Positions 38,283 to 52,087 of a stretch of DNA of 64,000 nucleotides are shown in pieces. The notes beneath the pieces were generated by a model that ran no database searches, had not been told where the DNA came from, and worked only from the letters and a program-made list of their open reading frames with translations. Position 1 is the stretch's first letter. Each line of letters opens with the position of its first letter. The position numbers and the translations under genes are program-made. Source of the DNA: Octopus sinensis (Eukaryota); the NCBI RefSeq assembly GCF_006345805.1, contig NC_043002.1:20522001-20586000 (forward strand), in the 5' to 3' direction.

Positions 38283-40450
38283 CAATATAGCAGACAGACC
38301 ATCTTTTACCTTTACAACCCAAGGAGTGAGCCACAAACAACGATATAAGATTCTTTCAGCAATTCAATTTTTGAGCATCTAATCAGAATCCTTGCATTTT
38401 TGATTATACTGGGTTTTTTTAATGTCAATTAAGTCCAAAACTCAACCTCAATCTTCTTCAAACATGATTTTCTTTTCTTCGGTATTGTACCAAGACTGCC
38501 CCTAATTTCGTCTTTTTTCGTGCTCCATACACCATTGGAAGATCTATTCTCAAATCTTGGTAATTCTGAACCTTTTCTTGTTCCTTCTCACACACTTGAA
38601 GGTACTATATCAATTATTGAGTACTCTTTCATTTTTGTTGCCGATAACAATGTCTGGTTTTCTTTCCTCAGTCGTTGGTTCACATTGAATGTTGAAATCC
38701 CACAGTAACTTAAACATACATTTCCATACGTTGCATTGGGCTTGTGTTTGCACTACTTACAAGCTCTATTCAAATTATACTCTTCCAATGAACAATGCTT
38801 GCAATATTGTTGTGTCTCCTTTTGTATATTTTTTTGTTTGCATCTTAATTGCATTCGCTTACTTTGTCGGTAATGATTTCACCCTTTACATTACATTGTC
38901 TACATAATCTGGTCTATGTACTTGATCTTGTCCTGCACGTATAAACATTTCAGTTGAAACCCGATTTTCAAATCTACTTCCATGTTCCTTACTTATTCAC
39001 ACCGTAGCTAGTATCTATGAGAAATTGTTAATTTGTTGCTTTTATCCTCCATCATATCTCTTTTCCTTCTTTACTAATCCCTTTATATTCATCCTTATCA
39101 AATCAGTCTACACTCTACAGTACATCTAACAAACAACGATTATGAACTATTAGCTATACCATCACCATCACGTGACCGACCAGACCATCAGATGTTGCTA
39201 CACATCGCTGGTCACAATGCGTTCGCATTGTTTTAGCCTTCGAACGACGCCACCCCGCTGGCTAAGCGAGCAGGCCAACAGAAGAAAGAGTGGGAGAAAG
39301 AGTGGTGAAAGAGTATAGCAGGGATCACCACCCCCTGCCGGAGCCTCGTGGAGCTTTTAGGTGTTTTCGCTCAATAAACACACACAACGCCCGGTCTGGG
39401 AATCGAAACCGCGATCCTCCGACCGCGAGTCCGCTGCCCTAACCACTGAGGCCATTGCGCCTCCATTAGCTATACACCATTCCAAATTGCTCTGTTCACT
39501 TCTTTCACTTTTCTAAAGATTGTTAAATATCTCTTACTCCACTTTTCCTCAGTACTTAAAGACCATGAATGTCGCTTTTCGGATGTAGTTGTACCTAAAG
39601 AGTTGTCTTCTCTTTCTGTGCCTTTCTGCCTAGCTTCCTGTTTTATTCTTTTGTGTCTGGTTCTTGATTACTCTATTTGAATATCTCTGCTCTATATCTC
39701 AATACTGATGCCAACATGTATTTATTGTTGATATCATATTTCTTCTTTTTAATCTTAATCTTCTCTGTTAGTCTTTTCTAAATAGTCCCTTCATAACAAT
39801 CTCCTTGTCTTATCGACTTCCAGTGTTCCTAAATACTTATATCAGTCTTCCTCAGTAGCCTCTATTACTTCGCCGTCAGGTAACACTATCCATGTGCTGA
39901 TACAATCATTTCCCCCACTTTTTATGGATGCCACACGTCTTTATCCTTAATCTCATTCCTATGTTTTTGCTAAATAAATGAACTGCTTTAACTAAATCTA
40001 TCTGGTTGTCACTCTTCTCGGACAGTTTAAGGTCGTCCATGAACAGACAAAAAAAAAGAGTAGAGTTTCAATTCTTTCTTTTCCCTATTCATACCCAACT
40101 TCATGCCGTTCGCAATATAAACATTATCAGTATCATGCACAACATAAACAGTAAAGACGACATACTTTTCACCTAACAAATTCCTTCTTCTTATTTCATC
40201 TGCTTCAAGTTCCTTTCTTGATATTGTCAATTCAGCCTTCCATGTGTGCATCGGACTTCTGATCAAATACATTACGTTATTAGCTAAACCAAACAGTTTA
40301 GTGAGATACCAATTGTACGCTCTGTTATTATCTGTCTACGCCATCATTAAACTGGTGTATCTCTTTGCGATCTTTCAGTACTGTTTTGTCAGTTAGCAAT
40401 TGATCTGTTATCCTTCTGCCACATTTACAACACCCTTTTTGTTCACCGGA
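38283..40450 (-). mobile_element. Degenerate R4/Dong-like non-LTR retrotransposon (RT to C-terminus), 5'-truncated, in (TAA)n
   Basis: Minus-strand remnants EQKGC..GRRITDQLLTDKTVLKD (40330-40445), LFMDDLKL (~40025-40048), LPDGEVI...YKYLG (~39825-39882), LGTIPK...NARIL; TTA arrays at both ends. Confidence 0.85.
39160..39464 (-). mobile_element. Intact tRNA(Arg-like)-derived SINE with 11-bp TSD, nested in the Dong-like element
   Basis: TSD ATTAGCTATAC at 39149-39159 and 39465-39475; head GGAGGCGCAATGGCCTCAGTGGTTAGGG...GGTTTCGATTCCC; (GATGGT)n-like tail. Confidence 0.93.
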
Positions 40451-40521
<71 letters not shown>

Positions 40522-40523
<2 letters not shown>

Positions 40524-40892
40524 GTCATTGTCATTTACTTTTAATCTGCATGTTTGATGCAATCACCTGCCGGGGCACACCCAGCGCCCTAGGGCAAGTG
40601 AAGGTTAAGAGTTGTTGAAATGTAGCTGAAAGCTTGGGGAGGGGAAGTAGAGAAATATCTCCATGTAATACAAACACAAACATTTACATTGATAGGGTTT
40701 TTCTAAGGATGTGGGCAGTACTTGTTAGCACAATCTTTTGGATTTCCTTGAGACATGGTTTTCCAGGGATATTGTCTAGGTGTTTCTGACATCCCTTTTT
40801 TATCATACCTAGGGCACCTACAATAACAGGAACAGTTTTTGTTTTAAGATTCCACATCCTCTGTATTTCGATTTCCAGGTCCTTATATTTAC
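40522..40892 (-). mobile_element. R4/Dong-like 3' fragment
   Basis: KYKDLEIEIQRMWNLKTKTVPVIVGALGMIKKG then 3' UTR; TTA arrays on both sides. Confidence 0.88.
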
Positions 40893-40943
<51 letters not shown>

Positions 40944-40968
40944 TATTATTATTATTATTACTATTATT

Positions 40969-41104
40969 CTATGTTTGACTTTTGCTTTACATTTGCACAA
41001 GCTGACTTCAAGTCTCACCCAGAGACCTCAAGAGACAAGTCGGAAGTTCGTGTTGGTGTTATGCCTAGGGTGCCATATATTTGGTTTTGTACTTAGTGTT
41101 GTAC
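40969..41104 (-). mobile_element. Probable Dong-like 3' UTR fragment
   Basis: Short unique block between two TTA arrays inside the nest. Confidence 0.45.
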
Positions 41105-41112
41105 TATTATTA

Positions 41113-41157
<45 letters not shown>

Positions 41158-41195
41158 TATTATTATTATTATTATTATCATCATCATCATCATCG

Positions 41196-41486
41196 TCATT
41201 TTACTTCTCAGAGATCTCGATTTTAATTGCTCCGGTTAATTCTGTGAGAGCGGACAGCAACCTGTTGTCAAAGTCTCTTTCCGCGATACTTAACACTCAA
41301 GTGCCAATCTCAAAATTCTCGCTGTCTCCAATTGAGCAATTTTTTGAGCATTTTCTACCCTCATGTCAATTCCAATTTCTCCGACATATTTCTCAAAGCT
41401 GGTTGTTAGTACTCCCAGTACCCCTACAACTATGGAGGTGACAGTTACTCTCATCATTGCCCACTGTGTGATTGTTGTTATTGCTG

Positions 41487-41487
<1 letters not shown>
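41196..41487 (-). mobile_element. R4/Dong-like 3' fragment (different subfamily)
   Basis: QWAMMRVTVTSIVVGVLGVLTTSFEKYVGEIGIDMRVENAQKIAQLETARILRLALEC*; TTA arrays on both sides. Confidence 0.8.
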
Positions 41488-41557
<70 letters not shown>

Positions 41558-41615
41558 CATCATCATTATCATCATTATTATTATTGTTGTTGTTGTTGTT
41601 GTTGTGTTGTTGTTG

Positions 41616-41687
<72 letters not shown>

Positions 41688-41688
<1 letters not shown>

Positions 41689-41892
41689 GGCGGCTAGCTG
41701 GTGTTATCCGTCCCGTACTGGGCAAAGTGTTTAGTGGTGTTTCATCCGTCCTTATGTTGTGATTCCAAATGCCGCTGAGTTCGACTTCGCCTTTCATTTT
41801 GTCAGGGTTGATAAAATAAGTATAATTTGAATGCTGGTGTTGATGTAATTGACTTATCCCCTTCCCCTAAATTGTGCCAAAATTTGAACCGA
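41688..41892 (+). mobile_element. SINE family B, diverged
   Basis: Family B layout. Confidence 0.75.
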
Positions 41893-41909
41893 TTATTATT
41901 ATTATTATT

Positions 41910-42459
41910 GAGTGAGAGAGCAGTGCATGCCATCAAAGTGACACTGGGGTAAAATATACGAAGCCCAATATACCCATCATGACTACCCGTCTGATAAAGG
42001 TACACCAGGCACATGCATCACAACCATATGTGCGCGACATGGTGATCTCATATCAAGATAAACAGCACATGACCTTGCAGGTGGGGCCCAGTTAGAATTT
42101 TCTTCAGATTGAGTAGCCCATCCCGCTCAAACGGTCCCTGAATAAGGGTGTAAGGATGTTGAAAGAACCACCCATGTTTCCAGAGGTGAACTATTCAAAC
42201 CCCAAAGAATCCCTCTCAACAATGGCTATGATGCTCCCCCACTACTTCTGCTCGTGATCAGAGATGCACATATTGTCAGCCACGAAGGGACATGCTCAAC
42301 TGGTTAAGGTCAAACAACTGACAAGCAAATCTGTGGTATTGAGCAGAATATTTGCTGTAGCCCATCTTTTATACCAAGACAAAACAATGTACATGATAAC
42401 ACTTCCAATCAGTTAAGATCAGAAGCCATGAGAGCCACTGCCTGGTACTGCATCAGGGC

Positions 42460-42461
<2 letters not shown>
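41910..42461 (-). mobile_element. Family E (TAA)n-embedded element, copy 3
   Basis: Reverse complement of the 33166 copy end to end; (TTA)n on both sides. Confidence 0.92.
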
Positions 42462-42520
<59 letters not shown>

Positions 42521-42539
42521 TATTATTACACGCATTTTG

Positions 42540-43000
42540 TCCATATTTCTCGCTAAAACTCTCCCCAGTTTCGTCATGGGTACTTGTATAACGGATAAGC
42601 ACGATACTATATTTCAATTCTTAACAAAGTTAACACCAAGTCACTTCAGCTATCGTTCACACTTTCAAGATGGCCAGACAAGTACAACACTCTCTCGTAA
42701 CCTCACCATGCATTTACAACAAGATTGCACACACTACACTACAAATCATAAACAAAACTAGATAAAAAATATTAACTGATAATACATTCATACTTTACAG
42801 AGTTCTCCAAAGAAGAAGGTGTTTGATTATGGAAGCGATATACATATCACAACACAAGCCTACAATTAACATGCAGCTTACACACGTATTAAATACAGAT
42901 CTGGTGATGAAGAAATCTGAAGCTCTAACGTTCAATTTGTGGCGAGCAATTCAGTTTAGATATGAGCCGGCCACTATAAAAGGAGCAGCACAGAAGCCAA
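42540..43000 (+). mobile_element. Penelope-like element GIY-YIG endonuclease remnant
   Basis: TIFQF...GQTSTTLSRNLTMHLQ...IMEAIYISQHKPTIN resembles the PLE GIY-YIG domain; downstream TATAAAAG. Confidence 0.65.
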
Positions 43001-43439
43001 CACCACTTGACATCCTGAGCATAGTCTGGAAATAACGATAAAGATGAATTTCGGAATTTTTATCCAAACGAACTGTATCTATCTGACACACAGGTCTTCT
43101 TGTCTTGTCTTGAGACAGTATTCACCCGGGGTGGGTTGAGCTGGCTTCATTCATCCTCAATGCTGCATCTCTCACAGGATTCTCTTGAAAGATGTCACTA
43201 TTCAAACGTTGCAAGCAAGTAAAAAAAAAATACGAGATGATACTAAATACTCTACATATTACATGTTTTTGAAGTTGGGTCTTTATTTCTTATACATTTC
43301 GTTGGTGCTTTGAGAAGTGTTAGATAGACGAATCATTGACACACCAGTAGGTCGTTGAGAGGATGCGGAGCGATAGTCAAAATAAAATAAACAGACGGTG
43401 AGGGCTTAAGACAAACATATTTCTTAGATGTACGTATGT

Positions 43440-43461
43440 ACGTCGTTAGTACGTGCGGTAA

Positions 43462-43492
<31 letters not shown>

Positions 43493-43678
43493 CGCGCGCG
43501 CGTTTGTTTGCATGTGTGTGTTTGTAGATGTGTGTTCGTGATTAATTTTTTCAAGCTTTCACGTATTTACTGAGATTCTGCTTGTGCACGTATCATATAT
43601 ATTTTTGTATTCATGTTTGTAGATGTGTCTGTATACATATTCATACATACACACATACATATTCATACATACATCTCT

Positions 43679-43724
<46 letters not shown>

Positions 43725-43747
43725 TAATATATATTTATAATATATAT

Positions 43748-43796
<49 letters not shown>

Positions 43797-44399
43797 TTAC
43801 GCACACTAACAACACATATATTAGTCCACACCCACCCACACATACTTTATACATAGATAGCTAATGTGTGTGTGTGTGTGACTCCTTCAGCAACATGTTC
43901 TAGGCCTGTATATCACTGCGTGCATCTGGTTATCTGACTCTCTTCTGGGATGCTTGGGTGTGTATGTATGTGTCTTTATGAGTTTGTGCCTGTATGTCAA
44001 TGGTCTTCTTTGCATATATGTGTGGGTGAGTGTGTGTGTGTGTCTGTGGTGTGTGTGTGTGTGTGTGTGTGCGTGTATGTATGTCAACTTGTCTACTCGT
44101 GTGTAAAAGTATATGTATCTGCTTGTCTACCAGGATATACGAATCTTTATGTATGTATGTATGTATGCATGCATGCATGTATGTATGTATGTATGTATTT
44201 ATTTATGTATGTATGTATGTATGTATGTATATGTAAGTATGTATGTATGTATGTGCGTGTATGTATATGTATGTATGTATGTATGTATGAATGTATGTAT
44301 GTATGCATGTATGTACGTGTATGTATACGTATGTATGTATGAATGTATGTATGTATGTTTGTATCTGTCTGTCTGTCTGTCTGTCTGTCTGCCTGTCTG

Positions 44400-44454
<55 letters not shown>

Positions 44455-44461
44455 GTCTGTT

Positions 44462-44554
<93 letters not shown>

Positions 44555-44611
44555 GTGTCTGTCTGTCTGTCTGTCTAACTATCTATCTATCTATATAGGT
44601 GTATGCATATA

Positions 44612-44653
<42 letters not shown>

Positions 44654-45475
44654 TGCATATATTATTCAGATCTTTCACCGACAGAGTGAGAGGGAGGGAG
44701 AGAGATCAGGTCTTTAACTAGAACGAATGTTCCGTCATTGAAATTCGACCGATGTATGTTTATATTTATGTATGTACATATGTATGTATATGGTGCTTGT
44801 GTATGTATGTATGTAACTATATATGTGCATGCATCTGTGCATGTTTGAGCTAATATTTATGTATATACGAGTATATATTTATGTGTGTATATAATATATA
44901 TTGTGGTGTGTGTGTGGTTATATAATATATGTAGTATATATATATATAGCTTTTATATATATATATATATATAATAATATATATATATATATATATAATA
45001 TATATATATACATATGTATATAATATATATATATATATATATACATATATATATTATATATATATATATATATACATATGTATATAATATATATATAATA
45101 TATGTATATATAATATATTATATATATATATATATATTATATATAATATGCGTGTGTAATATGTTTGTTTATGATCGTGCTTGTGTGTATATATTTATGC
45201 ATATGTAGGTGTGAATATTTCTTACGAACAGAAGCCATACTGGGCATTTATTATCTCTGCCAGATGACATTTATTGTCATTATCTAACATAAACTCACAA
45301 ATACATACATAGATACATACATACATAATGCGTATATACATACATACATGCATACATACATGCATACATGCATACATATATACATACATACATACATACA
45401 TACATACATACATACCATACATACATACATACATACATATATACAGATAGAGACAGATACACACACACATATCCG
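43440..45475. repeat. ~2-kb compound microsatellite field (TA, TG, TATG, TCTA, TCTG)
   Basis: Direct reading. Confidence 0.95.
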
Positions 45476-45476
45476 T

Positions 45477-45735
45477 GAAGGCGCATGGCTCAGTGGTTAG
45501 AGCGTCGAGCTTACGATCGTGAGGTTGTGAGTTCGATACCCAGAGCGGGCTGCGTGTTATGCTCTCTTGAGCAAGACGCTTTATTTCACATTGCTCCAGT
45601 TCACTCAGCTGTAGAAATGAGTTGCGACGTCACTGGTATCAGCCTTTGCCTTTCCCTTGGATAACATCAGCGGTGTGGAGAGGGGAGTCTTGGTATGCAT
45701 GGGCAACTGCTGGTCTTCCATAAACAACTTTGCGA
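45477..45735 (+). mobile_element. tRNA-derived SINE family C, third body type (related tail fragment at 46588-46727)
   Basis: TGGCTCAGTGGTTAGAG A box, GAGTTCGATACC B box, CTTGAGCAAGAC; body TGGAGAG.GGAGTCT..TATGCATGGG shared with 46590. Confidence 0.85.
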
Positions 45736-46080
45736 CTAAGCTTATATAAAAATACCATTATTATTATTTACAGGATTGTAAAACACGGCACCGTATAAAA
45801 AAACCATTTGCACCGAAAGAACATAGAAAGTTTGTTTACATAAAAACAAATACGAACTAAAATACTTCTTTAATTTGAAAGAAATGGGGAGGCTAATTCG
45901 CTGGTGTAAAGGTAACACAATTAGTCGCGTTAACTAAGCGATGTGGTTTCCAGTCTCATACGGATAGGAAAGCTTTCGTTTTTTTTTCTGTCGAGGTCTT
46001 ATATGCCCCTTTATTAGACTATTTTCCTTATTCATTGTGCGGTGATCGCCATAATCTTTAAGCCTATATAAAATACCATA

Positions 46081-46119
<39 letters not shown>

Positions 46120-46969
46120 TATACACATAGATATATACATACACACACACACACACAGATAACTACTCCTGGTTGACACAATGTTCTACTGTGAAATCTA
46201 GTATAGTATTCTTCCATATTTGCATGATGCATTCTAAATAAAATCCTACTTTTCATTTCAGGTCTTTGATGAAAATGATTTAAGATCTTCCAGAGAAAGC
46301 TTTCTTCTTACAAATATATGTTTTTCCTTTTCCAGTTTGTTGTGCTATATTTTCCAACAAAGAAATTTTTTATTCAACATCATTATTTTTGTGTTTTACA
46401 GTAATTAATTTTCCCTCAAAGGTGCAGCGTCTAGTATCTCAGCAGATTTCTGTAAGATGTTGGCGTTGTTGTGAATTTACACCATACGATGTTAGATAAA
46501 TGTACGTTCCTGCGGCGTAGACTGATCTTTACTTCTAGTGTTGTAATTCACTTGGGAGGCTTACCGCGAACATTTCAGACGTTTTCTAACATCGGTGGCG
46601 TGGAGAGAGGAGTCTCGTATGCATGGGTGACTGCTGGTTTTCCATAAACAACCTACATGGACTTGTGCCTCGGGGGGGAACATTCTAGGTGCAATCCCTT
46701 GGTCATTGATGGTTCTTTTTACCCTTTAAACAAGTTGTGTTGTCGAAATTATTTAATGGCAACGTGGTTTAAGTTTGGATGAACTTCATCTCAATAATTT
46801 TTCCACCGCTTCATAGAACCAATAATCTTTACAGACTTTTCAGAGCACAAAAACAGATATTAATTTGAATGCTAACCCAAGTGACTTGAGAATAAGGCTG
46901 GCATTTTGTAATCAACGCCAGCCATAATCCCAAATGGTGGAAAGCAGCTTTTGTAATCCATTCCGAATA

Positions 46970-47374
46970 CCGTAAATCCTCGAGTATAGTCCGCCCTTGA
47001 GTATAATACGCAGGAGATTTTTTGGAGGTTGTACCTCTGAAAAACCTAAACCTTGTGTATAATACGCATCCCTTTTCTAACTTGAGTAGTGCGTAATTAA
47101 GCCAGCAGCACCTAGTCGAACAAACACTTCCGCCCATGCGTAATACAATAATAGTGATGTTCTTAACTGTTATATGGGAATGTAAATATGTTTGCAAATT
47201 GTTTTTGTTACATGTTATTCTGTGTTCTGAATACTTTTATAATAAGTGTTGCTTACTGCAAGTTATGGATGATTCTTTTATGACTTCATTGCTTTCAGGC
47301 TTAGCTTAAGGTATTTTCGCGCCCAACCTTTAAATTTTGGGGAAAAAATGCGGATTATACTCGAGGATTTACAG
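46970..47374 (-). mobile_element. pogo/Tc1-mariner-type MITE, second copy
   Basis: TA TSD, same TIRs as 28275-28783, opposite orientation, internal deletions. Confidence 0.9.
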
Positions 47375-47850
47375 TAATATCAATTTGGTAAATATAAGGT
47401 GCTTCTCTTGTTTATAACAGAAAAATGAAAACTCCATTTACTCTAGGCTGGGTTAAATCGGCATAATTGTAGCTGAAAATGTTCAAATTTTAAACGGCCC
47501 TCTAAGCTAAACTTGCACGTCTGTTTTGACGGCAACATATGTGTGTTATGTATGAGTTTATGTGTATGTATGTATGCGTTAAGAGTTGCAAGAGTGTAAA
47601 TATGCATACCAGGCTTATATAATCAGATATGTATATGTAAGTTTATGTATAAGTATGTCGTTATGTGTATATGTGTACGTGGGTGAATCTATGCGTTTAC
47701 GATTAGTTATCTTCAACTTTTAGACATCTATGTTTGTATGTGTGTGTGTGTGTGTGTGTGTGGTGTCACTTTCTCTCTCGCCATCTCTCTCTCTCTCACC
47801 ATCTCCCTCTCTCTCTCACTCCATCTCTCTATCTCGCCATCCCTATCTTT

Positions 47851-47899
<49 letters not shown>

Positions 47900-48590
47900 C
47901 ATCTCTCTCTTTTTCTCTCTCTCTCACTCACTATGGGTGTGGGCGTACGTATATGCGTTTATATCTTAGCGGCGGATGCCGCCTCTTCCCCTCTCCTGTT
48001 TTTCGACTGAAATATTTTGTGGGTATGCTAAATAGCTTGGCACATCTTATAATGTCAAATATTCAAATTCACTTACAGAAACTCAGTAGACACACAGACA
48101 CACTTACTGACACAAATTTAGTGACAGACGGACTTGCATTCTCGTATACAGATACTACCAAACATATATAAACACCAAGTGCTCGCATGGACACGGACAC
48201 ACACACACACACACGAAAACACACACACACACATGCACAAATACAGTCACACACTCCTATAAACTGAAACCCAAATTGCATTCATACACGACATGCACCC
48301 TTAAATATTTATATATACACCTTCACATAAAAGCACAAGTACACGCAATCACACACACACACACATACACAAACACACAAGCACACACACACACACAAAC
48401 ACACACATACACACACAAAAACAGAATTTACACGCACGTATACTTATATGCACAGACATACACACAATCATGCACTGACACACACACACTTGTCATTCTG
48501 TTCATGACCAGCTTGAATTCTGCAAAGGAAGAAAAAAACTTAAAATAAATCCCAAGGAAATATACATACATAAATACATATATCCATATA

Positions 48591-49392
48591 GGCGCAGGCA
48601 TAGCTGTGTGGTAAGAATCTGGCTTCCCAACCACATGGTTCCGGGTTCCTCCCCACCACATGACATCTTGGGCAAGTGTCTTCTACTATAGCTTCGGGCC
48701 AGTTAAAGCTTGGTGAGTGGATTTGGTAGACAGAAACTGAAAGAAGACCGTCACATGTGTGTGTGTGGCTTTGTATCTGTGTTCGTCCCCCGTTCCCACA
48801 CTTGACAACCGGTATTGGTGTATTAACGTACCAGTAACTTAGCGGTTCGGCAAAAATGACCGATAGAATAAGTACCAGGCTTAAACAATATGTACTGGAG
48901 TCAGTTCATTCGATTAAAAATTCTTCAAAATGGAGCCTCAGCATGGCTACAGTCTAATGACTAAAACAGATAAAAGATTAAAAAAAAATAAAGATACACA
49001 CAGCCGCAGGAGTGGCTGTGTGGTAAGTAGATTGCTTTCCAGCCACTTGGTTCCATGTTTAGTCCCACTGCGTGACAATTTGGACAAGTGCCTCCTGCTA
49101 TAGCCTCGGGCCGACCAAGGCCTTGTGAGTGGATTTGGTAGACGAAAACTGAGAGAAGCCCGTCGTTAACATTATATGTATGTATGTATTTGTGTGTCTG
49201 TTTGTCCTCTACCATCGCTTCACAACCGATGTTGGTGTGCTTACGTCCCCGGTTCGGTAAAAGGAAAAATAGAATAAGTACTAAGCTTACAAAGAATAAG
49301 TCTTGAGGTTCATTAGTTCGACTAAAGGGGGTGCTCCAGCATGGCTGCAGTCAAATGACTGAAACAAGTAAAAGAGTAAAAGAGTAAAAGAG
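48591..49392 (+). mobile_element. Two tandem SINE family A copies (48591-48980, 49003-49392)
   Basis: Two complete head-to-tail family A units. Confidence 0.9.
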
Positions 49393-50801
49393 AACCCTAT
49401 TGTTCCAAACTAACGGTAAAAGTAACAACTAAGAAAAAACCCTATCTAAAACAGAAAGATTAAACGTGAACCCTGCCACATATTTAACGAAGCATTCATA
49501 TGTATGCATACATGCATACATACATGCATGTAAGCAGACAAAGGGAAGTGTGTATGGCATTAGAAATCTGTTTGCGACAGACGTTGACATAATTCTAACG
49601 ATAAAAGAAAATATTTAGTCAAGCCTATGAGAAATGTGCAGATAGTGCAACCAGACTGCAACTTTGGGACACTTGACTATGTATCTAACTCTATCGGCGC
49701 CAATCTTGAGAAGCTTTTTTCACAAAACCAGAAAAGACACAGCTTATTAAAGACACGGCTTATTAAACTTACCAGCCATTATTGTGAAAAGATGTAAAAC
49801 ATTCCAGAAGTTTAGCATGTAATATGTACATATACACATATGTAAACATGTGTATCGTAGTAGATATACGTAAGTCGAAACATACAGATCCTCACATGCA
49901 ATGATATTTATGCTTAAACACATGCAAACATGTGCAGACACATACATACATACATACATACATACATACATGCATGCATACATGCATACATACATACATA
50001 CATACATACATACATACATACATACATACATGCATGCATACATACGTAAATTCATCCATGCACGTATATTCAAACTTAATTACTTAGTTAATGCTAACTC
50101 CAATGAGACGACCTTGTTTCTCTGTTGGAGACCGACTCTTTCTCTGTTGGTGAGAAATATAATAAATAGAAACTGGAAATACATGTACGCGCGTGCGCAC
50201 ACACACACATACATACATACATACATACATACATACATACATGCATACATACATACATACATACATACATACATACATACATACACAACCACACACTCAC
50301 ACACGCACACTTGTATGTGAATCTATCTACATACCTATCGGTATATATGTCCACCCATGTGAATGTTTTATATGCATATTTGCATGTATGTATGTATGTA
50401 TGTATGTATGTATGTATGTATGTATGTATGTATGTATGTATGTATGTATGTATACATGCCTCTTCTTTTATGTGTACACATGTATCCGTGTAAACATGTG
50501 TATATATGGTAAATGTGTGCCTGTATGTTTTAATATTTTTATAAGTGTTTATACCTACTTGTGTATCCATATCTCTATCAACTTACGTTTAGCAGAAATT
50601 GAGTTCACAAGAATTGAAGCCAGCTATGTCTAGGGTGTATACATATATACATGTGTGTTTGTGCATGTGCGTGCGTGTTTTATTTAGCGACGTACGTTTC
50701 AAATAGACTAGCATATCCCAAAATGCTGCGATGCAACATTTATGCCCACCTTAATCGATCCCGTATTTAATCGATTAAAATGTTACATAGAGAGGGAGAG
50801 G

Positions 50802-50838
<37 letters not shown>

Positions 50839-51721
50839 TAAACACTCGTATTCTTATCAACGTTATATCACCTCTGTTTATATTGTTGAATGTTTTTAGG
50901 GAGTAAATGTGTCAGCTCATCCCTTCATTTACATTTGACCATTTCACCAGTCTTAGGGGCAGGAGTTATTGTTTAATGACCTACTTGGGATTCATACTTA
51001 TGAAATCATGGTATAATTGCAATTTAATACGTAACGAATCCAAGCAAACCAGAGAGCTAGATGAAACAAGCCAGTCGCGACTCCGGCACCCGGGCTGTCG
51101 AGCCTAACCCGAATATAAATTTAGTAAAGTGAATGTGTATTTGCAAACTGATTTAATTTCTGCCAACACTAACTTCAAGAATGTAATTGCAGCCAATAAC
51201 TCGGGTTTCTTTTATTGAGCCTGGTCGCAGCTCATTTATTTTCGTTCAGCGTCTGACGGTCGTCTTAGAGGTACCCTGTGTAAAAAGATGTCATTCGTAG
51301 CAGACGTTCTCTCGACATCATTCACACGCGCCTGACTCGGGCTCAGAAGTTACAGCCCGAGTTGTTATCTATAATCGTAAAAATAAAAAGTAATTCAAAT
51401 TCACTGTTTTTTTTTTTTGAAACAATAAACTTCTATAGAGATTAGGATTTAAATTCCAATCTATGAAAAGTTTCCGTTCTACAATATTCTTATAGGAACG
51501 AAAAATTATCCAGCAACTCGGGCTAGTACGAACGAGCCTGGCAGGTGTAAAAGACTAACTGGCATCTCTTGTCAAGAGTACGGGCGACAGTCAGATCGCT
51601 GATATTTGTGCACTCTGCTGTCGTTATTTGATTGCTGTTATTTTGTGCGTCTGTGTGTAAAGATCAGTTGTGTCTTGCATGGTTGCTTTATTTTTACTCG
51701 AGAAAGACATAGTGCTAGATA

Positions 51722-52087
51722 TCTCTCTATATATATAAACGGCAAAATGTCCGTGTGTGTGTCCTTTATACAAATCCACAATTTTTCAGTTAGAGGGCTC
51801 GCACTTTCTATGGTCATTCAAAACCGTCCAAGGGTGGTCGTGCACATCTTTACATTTCCCCAGTCATCCCTCAAAGTTATTAAGAAATCAATAGAAGTGA
51901 CTTTTTTGTGAATTTTCTATCCAAAACCCAATCAAAATGCCCGAAACTTGATACGCCAATTGAATGCCAGCTAGCTGTATGTGATTGGTCGGAGATTTGG
52001 ACAGAACTTACGTGTATGTGTGCACGCACGCAGCTGTATATGCATGCACTAGCACTATGACCCGGCGTTGCCGGGTCATAGTGCTTG
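51722..52087 (+). mobile_element. Non-autonomous Helitron-like element
   Basis: A|TCTCTCTATATATATAAA 5' end; terminal palindrome AGCACTATGACCCGGC-GTT-GCCGGGTCATAGTGCT; ends CTTG|T. Confidence 0.75.

Noticed and set aside
39390-39464. Functional tRNA-Arg gene
   Set aside because: It is the SINE head: runs into the SINE body, flanked by a TSD, no proper acceptor stem
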